Below, in pieces: positions 58,501-64,000 of a DNA stretch of 64,000 nt. A program made the translations under genes and the position numbers. The notes under the pieces were generated by a model. It worked only from the letters and a program-made list of their open reading frames with translations. It had not been told where the DNA came from and did not search any database. Source of the DNA: Pristiophorus japonicus (lineage: Eukaryota); the NCBI RefSeq assembly GCF_044704955.1, contig NC_091994.1, positions 95,108,001 to 95,172,000 on the forward strand. Direction: 5' to 3'. The stretch's first letter is position 1; each line of letters starts with the position of its first letter.

Positions 58501-61500
58501 CCCTGCCAGCAATAAAATTGAATTCTTTGTAAAACAGCAAATAAATTTCTGGTGATTTTGTTTAAAAGAAAAATATATAAAATAATTTAACGATCTCAGT
58601 ATTTGGAACAGTAAGGCCTCCCTTTGATGAGCCGTCCCATTGAATTGACTCACTGGGCTCGGTTCCCAGCCGTGACCCACACAGCCCTCCCGCTGCCTCT
58701 GGACAAGACGGCAAACTGCGGAACAATCGACTATTGTGTGCTGTGCCCACTGGGACAGGGGGTCTGGCCCTGCCCCTCCCCCAGGATCCGGTCCGTTTCT
58801 TTGGCTGGGACTTTTACCACATCACGTTCACCCACTGTGCCGATACTAGACTTCCATTCCAACGTGCCTGATCCACATCTAGAAACCAAAAATAATATAA
58901 TGAATAATCAGCACGGATTTCAAAAGGGAAAGTCTTGCTTGACCAACCTCATTGAATTTTTTTGAAGAGATAACAGAGAGAGTCGATAATGGTAATGCAG
59001 TAGATAATTTATCTAGATTTTCAAAAGGCCTTCGATAAGGTACCCCATAATAGACTGATGAACAAGGTCAGGCAATGCTGAGTCAGGGGACAAGAAGCAG
59101 AATGGATCGCTAGCTGGCTTCAAGACAGAAAGCAGAGAGTCTGGGTAAAGGGTAGCTATTCAAAGTGACAGAAGGTGGGTAGTGATGTTCCACAAGAATC
59201 AGTGCTGGGACCACTGTTGGTCACAATTTATATTAACGATTTTGACTTTGGAATCAAAAACACAATTTCTAAATTTGCGGATGACCCCAAATTGGGGGCG
59301 ATCGTCAATACTGAGGAAGCTTGCAACAAATTATTGGAGGACATTAATAAATTGCAACATGGGCATATAATTAGCAAATTAAGTTCAACACTGATAAATG
59401 TAAGGTATTACATTTTAGTAGGAAGAATAGGGAGGTCTTTGAGGGTGTGAGTCTAGGTGGGGTAGAGAAACAAAGGGATCTCGGAGTACAAATACACAAA
59501 TCGCGAAAAGTTGCAACACAGGTTAGCAAAGCCATAAGAAAAAGCAAACCAAGCACTAGGGTTTATTTCTAGAGGCATAGAATTGAAAAGTAGGGAAGTT
59601 ATGCTAAACCTGTATCGATCCTTGGTTAGACCACACTTGGGGTACTGTGTACAGTTCTGGTCACCATATTATAAAAAGGATACAGAGGCACTGGAGTGAG
59701 TGCAGAGAAGATTTACAAGGATGATACCAGAAATACGAGGGTATACATATCAGGAAAGGATGAACAGGCTGGGTCTCTTTTTCTTCTCTTGGAAAAAGGC
59801 TGAGGGGTGACCTAAAAGAGGTCTTTAAAATTATGAAAGGTTTTGATAGAGTGGATACAGAGAGAATGTTTCCACTTGTGGGGAAGAGCATAACTAGAGG
59901 CCATCAATATAAGATCGTCACCAAGAAACCCAATAGGGAATTCAGAAGAAACTTCTTTACCCAAAAGGTGGTGAGAATGTGGAACTCGCTACCACAGGGA
60001 GTGGTTGAAGTGAATAGTATCGATGTATTTAAAGGGAGGCTAGACAAGCATCTGAGGGAGAAGGGAATAGAAGGTTAAGTGGATAGATTTAGATGAGGAA
60101 AGACGGGTGGAGGCTCGAGTGGAGCATAAACGCAGCATGGACTGGGTTGGGCCGAATGGTCTGTTTCTGTGCCATATATCCTGTGTAATTCTATATAATC
60201 TGGGTTCAAGTCCCAATTGCCAGTTGTGAACGGCTTGTGGTGAGTTGTACTGCTCGGGTGGAACTCCCAATACATGCTTCCACCGACGCAGAGCCCTTGC
60301 CTGCGCTTGTGCGGTGACTGGCTGGTGATGTCTGTGGGGGCTCCACGATCTGTCACCTGAGGCCACTAGGCCCACAGTACCTCTGCTCATGGACATGCCA
60401 GTCTGGAGCGGTCCTGGGACTGGGGTTGCTCCCTCTCAAACTCCAGTGAACATCGCAGGCCGAGGCTAGGATGGGCCTCCGCGGGAAGCTGACCAGAGCT
60501 CTGTGCCAGTAAACGGTGCAGATAAACCCCAGGGATCCCTCCGCACAGACTAGAGCTTCCCTCTCAGCCCTGCTTCTTGCCAAGTTCTTAAACCCTCTGG
60601 ACTATAGCAAGTGGGGCGTGTCTCTACAAGGAGATTGTGTGCACCCTGAATTGGGCAAACACACAGTCTGCGGTGTGTGTCGATCAGGCAGCAGCTTGAA
60701 TTGGTGAGTTTGCACGCCTCGTGTTCATGAGCAGTGAAATCGGGTGTGGTCTGTTTCTCCTGCCCCAGAGCGTCCCCAGTTCTTGCTTCACAATATTCAA
60801 ACCTCCATCACTTGGTACAAGGCAGAAGGATGTTCCCTGTGACAGCTCATCATGTCAATTGAATGTCGAGTCTGATGTGAGCTGGTGTTAATGTTATCCA
60901 TACTGCTATTCCTCCAAAGCTCCAAATCCCCTGGCCTTGCCCAGAATTCCTGCTCCTGCTCCCAACATCATCTTCACTGTTCATAAAATTAAAACTCCTG
61001 GCAGCTTGCGTGACTACAATAAATACCCGCCAAGCACCTCTTCTGCCTGAGCTCTGTTTCTCCTCCGCCCCCCCCACCCCACCCCTCCACTCTGTTAAAT
61101 TAACTGGGCTCCTCGTGTGCTAAACTACAGCAATAGCTCAGTGGGTAACTTTTTTACCTGAGTCAGAAGGTTGTAGGTTCAAGTCCCACTCCCAAGACCT
61201 GAGCACATAATCCAGGCCAACACTCCACTGCAGTGCTGAGGGAGCGCTGCACTGTTGGAGGTGCTGTCTTTCGGATGGGATGTTAAACCGAGGCCCCGTC
61301 TGCTCTCGCAGGTGGAAGTAAAAGATCCCATGGCACCATTTCAAAGAGGAACAGCCAAGTTTATCTGGTCATTATCACATTGCTGTTTGTGGGAGCTTGC
61401 TGTGTGCAAATAGGATGCTGCATGTCCTAGATTGCAACAGTGACCACACTTGACCAGTATTTCATTGGCTGTAAAGTGCTTTTGAGGTTGTGAAAAGTGC

Positions 61501-61646
61501 TATATAAATGCAAGTCCTTGCTTTCTTGAACTAACCGCACTGTTTCCGTGTTTAGTGAGGAGCTCGATTCTCAATATGCCAAAGTAGTTCAGGAGGAGAT
61601 TGAGAAGCGTGTGGAGGAGAGCCTGCGACGGGAGGAGCAGGACAAG
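37313..61646 (+). CDS. CCDC50-family protein, 5' part only, join(37313..37361,56580..56642,58170..58290,61556..61646); continues past the window
   Basis: [16 protein letters not shown]|[21 protein letters not shown]|[29 protein letters not shown]...|[31 protein letters not shown] aligns by eye with the CCDC50 N-terminus ([41 protein letters not shown]). Phases 1,1,2,0. Divergent enough to be a paralogue, so no symbol is given. Confidence 0.88.
37467..37700 (-). mobile_element. L2 3' tail fragment
   Basis: Shared tail TGCATTTATATAGCGC...CGTCCCAAGG. Confidence 0.7.
38011..38293. repeat. 67-bp satellite, about 4 units, inverted relative to 24388-24903
   Basis: Reverse complement of the same unit. 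Confidence 0.95.
38925..39195. repeat. Degenerate C-rich tandem repeat
   Basis: CCCCTAAA/CCCTCCACCCTGCTA modules. Confidence 0.8.
40172..41195 (-). mobile_element. Penelope-like element 3' fragment (GIY-YIG endonuclease remnant plus pLTR)
   Basis: [38 protein letters not shown]...HFHHLQRDP; terminal region carries a hammerhead motif. Confidence 0.85.
40267..40303 (-). ncRNA. Minimal type I hammerhead ribozyme
   Basis: Minus strand AGTT-CTGACGA-A-GGGTC-ATC-GACCC-GAAA-CG-TT-AACT: intact core, stem I AGTT/AACT, stem II GGGTC/GACCC, palindromic mini stem III. Confidence 0.75.
41890..42232 (-). mobile_element. L2 3' fragment
   Basis: [11 protein letters not shown] and tail. Confidence 0.75.
43810..44190 (-). 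mobile_element. tRNA-derived SINE (family B)
   Basis: Reverse-complement homologue of 2130-2525. Confidence 0.65.
44945..45632 (+). mobile_element. L2 3' fragment
   Basis: [24 protein letters not shown]. Confidence 0.85.
47311..51600 (-). mobile_element. Near full-length CR1 LINE: 5'UTR, ORF1 (Zn finger, coiled coil, SGNH esterase; 51305-50369) and ORF2 (APE endonuclease + RT; 50356-47410), a few frameshifts
   Basis: CSSC..CGKC, GDSIVRG, HIGTNN, DGLHL; [32 protein letters not shown]; TTTCTATG-type tail. Confidence 0.95.
52625..52935 (-). mobile_element. Deu-domain SINE, partial
   Basis: Same family as 9331-9772. Confidence 0.75.
53434..53757. mobile_element. Tc1/mariner (pogo/Tigger-like) MITE
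   Basis: 26-bp TIRs CAAGTTGAACCTCCCTTATCCAGAAC / CAGGTTGAACCTCGCTTATCCGGAAC (23/26 identical), TA on both flanks. Confidence 0.85.
53804..54458 (+). repeat. ~0.6-kb duplicated segment, copy 1
   Basis: Colinear with 57045-57647. Confidence 0.9.
55574..56000 (-). mobile_element. Deu-domain SINE
   Basis: Same family as 9331-9772. Confidence 0.78.
56120..56325 (+). mobile_element. L2 3' tail fragment
   Basis: GGCCCTAAGCTCTGGAATTCCCTCCC...GTTGTTGTTG. Confidence 0.75.
56580..56642 (+). CDS. CCDC50-like coding exon 2
   Basis: TTGCAG acceptor; [20 protein letters not shown]; GTGAGT donor. Confidence 0.9.
57045..57647 (+). repeat. ~0.6-kb duplicated segment, copy 2
   Basis: Colinear with 53804-54458. 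Confidence 0.9.
58170..58290 (+). CDS. CCDC50-like coding exon 3
   Basis: TTCCCAG acceptor; [39 protein letters not shown]; GTACGT donor. Confidence 0.87.
58868..60195 (+). mobile_element. Degraded 5'-truncated CR1
   Basis: [41 protein letters not shown]. Confidence 0.88.
61133..61528 (+). mobile_element. Deu-domain SINE
   Basis: TAGCTCAGTGG A box, GGTTCAAGTCCC B box, Deu core, tail. Confidence 0.8.
61556..61646 (+). CDS. CCDC50-like coding exon 4
   Basis: CTAAC branch point at 61531, TTTAG acceptor; [30 protein letters not shown]; AAG|GTAGGC donor. Confidence 0.87.
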
Positions 61647-62109
61647 GTAGGCGCAGTCCTGATACAGTGGCTGATGTTTAGTGTTTGCAGGAAGCACGGG
61701 GAGGGCGATTTCCCACACCGTGCCGCTGGTGCTGAAACCTGTTAACTTCGAGCTGTAGCATGTTGTGGCCTAGCTTTTAAAAAGTTGGTGTCTGTCCAGA
61801 TGTAACAGCTTGCTTCCTATTTATTTCTCCCCTCCTTTCACTGGAATTTAATCCTCCTTTATTCTGAAGTTGCTGACTCTTTCTGGGGTACAGGTCTATG
61901 AGTGCCAAGGCCTCACCCTCACCTGGCACCACCTCTTCCAAGTAGCCAGTCTTCATCTTTGAGCCCAAGTGGATTCCACAGGCTCTACCAGAGTGCCTCA
62001 CCACGGGTCCAGCTGGATCCTCATCATCCTCCAGTCCATACGTGGGCACTTCCAACAGGAATTACTGGATAGTCATTGAGTTTGGACCCTGATCCCAAAA
62101 ATCTTCCTG

Positions 62110-62548
62110 ACTGGGCTTGGGGCCTGGCCTGACCGGGCTCGGGCACTGGGCCGGGCACTCTGGGCCTGACTGGGCTCGGGCACTCGGGGCCTGGCCTGAC
62201 CGGGCACTCTGGGCCTGACCTGGTCTGACTGGGCACTCGGCCAGGCCTGACCTGACTGGGCAGTCTGGGCCTGACCTGACCGGGCACTCTGGGCCTGACC
62301 TGGCCTGACCGGGCTCGGGCACTCTGGGCCTGGGCTGACCTGACCTGACCGGGCTCGGGCACTCTGGGCCGGGCGCTCTGGGCCTGACCAGGCTCGGGCT
62401 CTCAGCCTGGCCTGACCTGACCTGACCGGGCACTGGGCCTGGCCTGACCGGGCTCGGGCACTCTGGGCCTGACCTGACTGGACACTCGGGGCCTGGCCTG
62501 ACCTGACCTGACTGGGCTCGGGCACTATGGGCCTGGCCTGACCGGGCT
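62110..62548. repeat. GC-rich modular repeat (CCTGA/CCTGG/CCGGG/CTCGG/GCACT pentamers)
   Basis: Direct inspection. Confidence 0.88.
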
Positions 62549-62576
62549 GAGTTTGTGGACATGTTGAAGTTCGGGT

Positions 62577-63137
62577 CGAGTTGCTGGAGAAATATCACCA
62601 ACGATGTCTCCGCAAGATCCTACAAATCCCCTGGGAGGACAGGCGCACCAACATCAGCGTCCTCATTCAGGTTAACATCTCCAGCACTGAGTGTGGTCAG
62701 TGCCTTGATCAGCTCTGCTGGGCAGGCCACATAGTCCGCAAGTGCTCTACTCTGAGCTCCCTCATGGCAAACGAGCCAAAGGTGGGCAGCGGAAACGCTA
62801 CAAGGGCACTCTCGAGGCCTCCCTGATAAAGTGCGACATCCCCACCAACACCTGGGAGTCCCTGGCCCAAGACCGCCCTAAGTGGAGAAAGTGCATCCGA
62901 GAGGGCGCTGAGCACCTCGAGTCTCATCGCCGAGAGCATGCAGAAATCAAGCGCAGACAGCGGAAAGAGCGTGCAGCAAACCTGTCCCAACTACCCCTTC
63001 CCTCAACGACTGTCTGTCCCACCTGTGACAAAGTCTGTGGTTCTTGTATTGGACTGTTCCACCACCAAAGAACTCACTTCAGGAGTGGAAGCAAGTCTTC
63101 CTCGATTCCGAGGGACTGTCTATGATGATGATGATGA
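62577..63137 (+). mobile_element. RTE-clade LINE 3' fragment
   Basis: HQRCLRKILQIPWEDRRTN, LYSEL..GKR..GGQRKRYK, AQDRPKWR; (TGA)n tail. Confidence 0.88.
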
Positions 63138-63504
63138 TTGATTTTTTTTTTTACTCCCGCACCTTTGTAAACTGACTGTCACGGGCAACAAGTTGATAAT
63201 GAAAGGTGGCTGGTAAGAATCCACTGTTCGATTTGCCAGTGATGGACCTACTTCGGAAGATAACAAATTAAACAGCAAAATTTGTTTCCTTAAATCACAA
63301 ACTGCCCCCTCTCTCAGCATCCTAACCAGACCTGACGTTGCTGCAATCTCATAAAACCAGGATGAGCAACGTGTGGTTTAGTGACCTGTTGTGAGAGTTC
63401 ATTCATTAACAGCCCAGATCACACTATCTGTTTTAGGTTCTGGTTTACTCGGTACTGCACTGGAGTGTCCGATCTTTGTGCTCCAGTCTCTGGAGGGGCA
63501 GAGG

Positions 63505-63840
63505 AGGGTGGGGGAGAGGATGGGGGGCGGTTGAGGGGGAGCGAGGATGGGGGGCGGTTGAGGGGAAGCGAGGATGGGGGGCGGTTGAGGGGGAGAGAGG
63601 ATGGGGGGCGGTTGAGGGGGAGAGAGGATGGGGGGCGGTTGAGGGGGAGAGAGGATGGGGGGCGGTTGAGGGGGAGAGAGGATTGGGGGGCGGTTGAGGG
63701 GGAGAGAGGATGGGGGGCGGTTGAGGGGGAGAGAGGATTGGGGGCGGTTGAGGGGGAGAGAGGATGGGGGGCGGTTGAGGGGGAGAGAGGATTGGGGGCG
63801 GTTGAGGGGGAGAGAGGATGGGGGGCGGTTGAGGGGGAGA
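63505..63840. repeat. 27-bp G-rich minisatellite followed by a polypurine tract to the window end
   Basis: GAGGATGGGGGGCGGTTGAGGGGGAGA. Confidence 0.93.
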
Positions 63841-64000
63841 GAAGAGGGATAGGGAGGAGGGAGGGAGGGTAGGAGAGGAGGATTAGGTGGAAAGAGAGTA
63901 TGGGGGTAGAGAGAAGGGGGGTTGAGGAGGGTGGGGGGCGTTGAGGGGGGGAAAAGAGGGGGAGAGAGGATGTGGGGGAGGGGAAGAAGGGGAGAGAGCA

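Noticed and set aside
61133-61200. tRNA-like A/B boxes here and in other SINE heads
   Set aside because: These are SINE heads continuous with the Deu core, not cloverleaf tRNA genes
62024-62601. Repetitive ORFs with PECP/QVRP motifs
   Set aside because: Translations of a pentamer-module GC-rich repeat that is open in several frames

Overview
This is eukaryotic vertebrate DNA, almost certainly from a cartilaginous fish (shark or ray). It encodes a mature urotensin II identical to the dogfish peptide and carries shark-type CR1, L2 and Deu-SINE repeats. The ORF track is mostly uninformative because the real genes are spliced. Manual splicing gave four genes. (1) A complete 3-exon HES5-like bHLH-Orange gene (+, 3078-4244) with a Notch/CSL-type promoter and an atypical WRPWQI end. 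(2) A complete 8-exon proteasome beta-2 gene of the inducible PSMB10/MECL-1 type (+, 7385-23046) with a perfect IRF element upstream. (3) A complete 4-exon prepro-urotensin II gene (-, 27839-23505; mature peptide NNFSDCFWKYCV), tail-to-tail with PSMB10. (4) The first four coding exons of a CCDC50-family gene (+, 37313-61646, continuing beyond the window), head-to-head with UTS2. The rest is dense repeat: CR1 LINEs (one near full length, one nested and chimeric), L2 and RTE fragments, Deu-domain and LF-SINE-like SINEs, a Penelope fragment with a hammerhead ribozyme, MITEs, a probable solo LTR, many minisatellites and a 152-N gap. Exon boundaries were checked for phase by hand. Repeat boundaries are approximate and family names come from recognition, not database searches.
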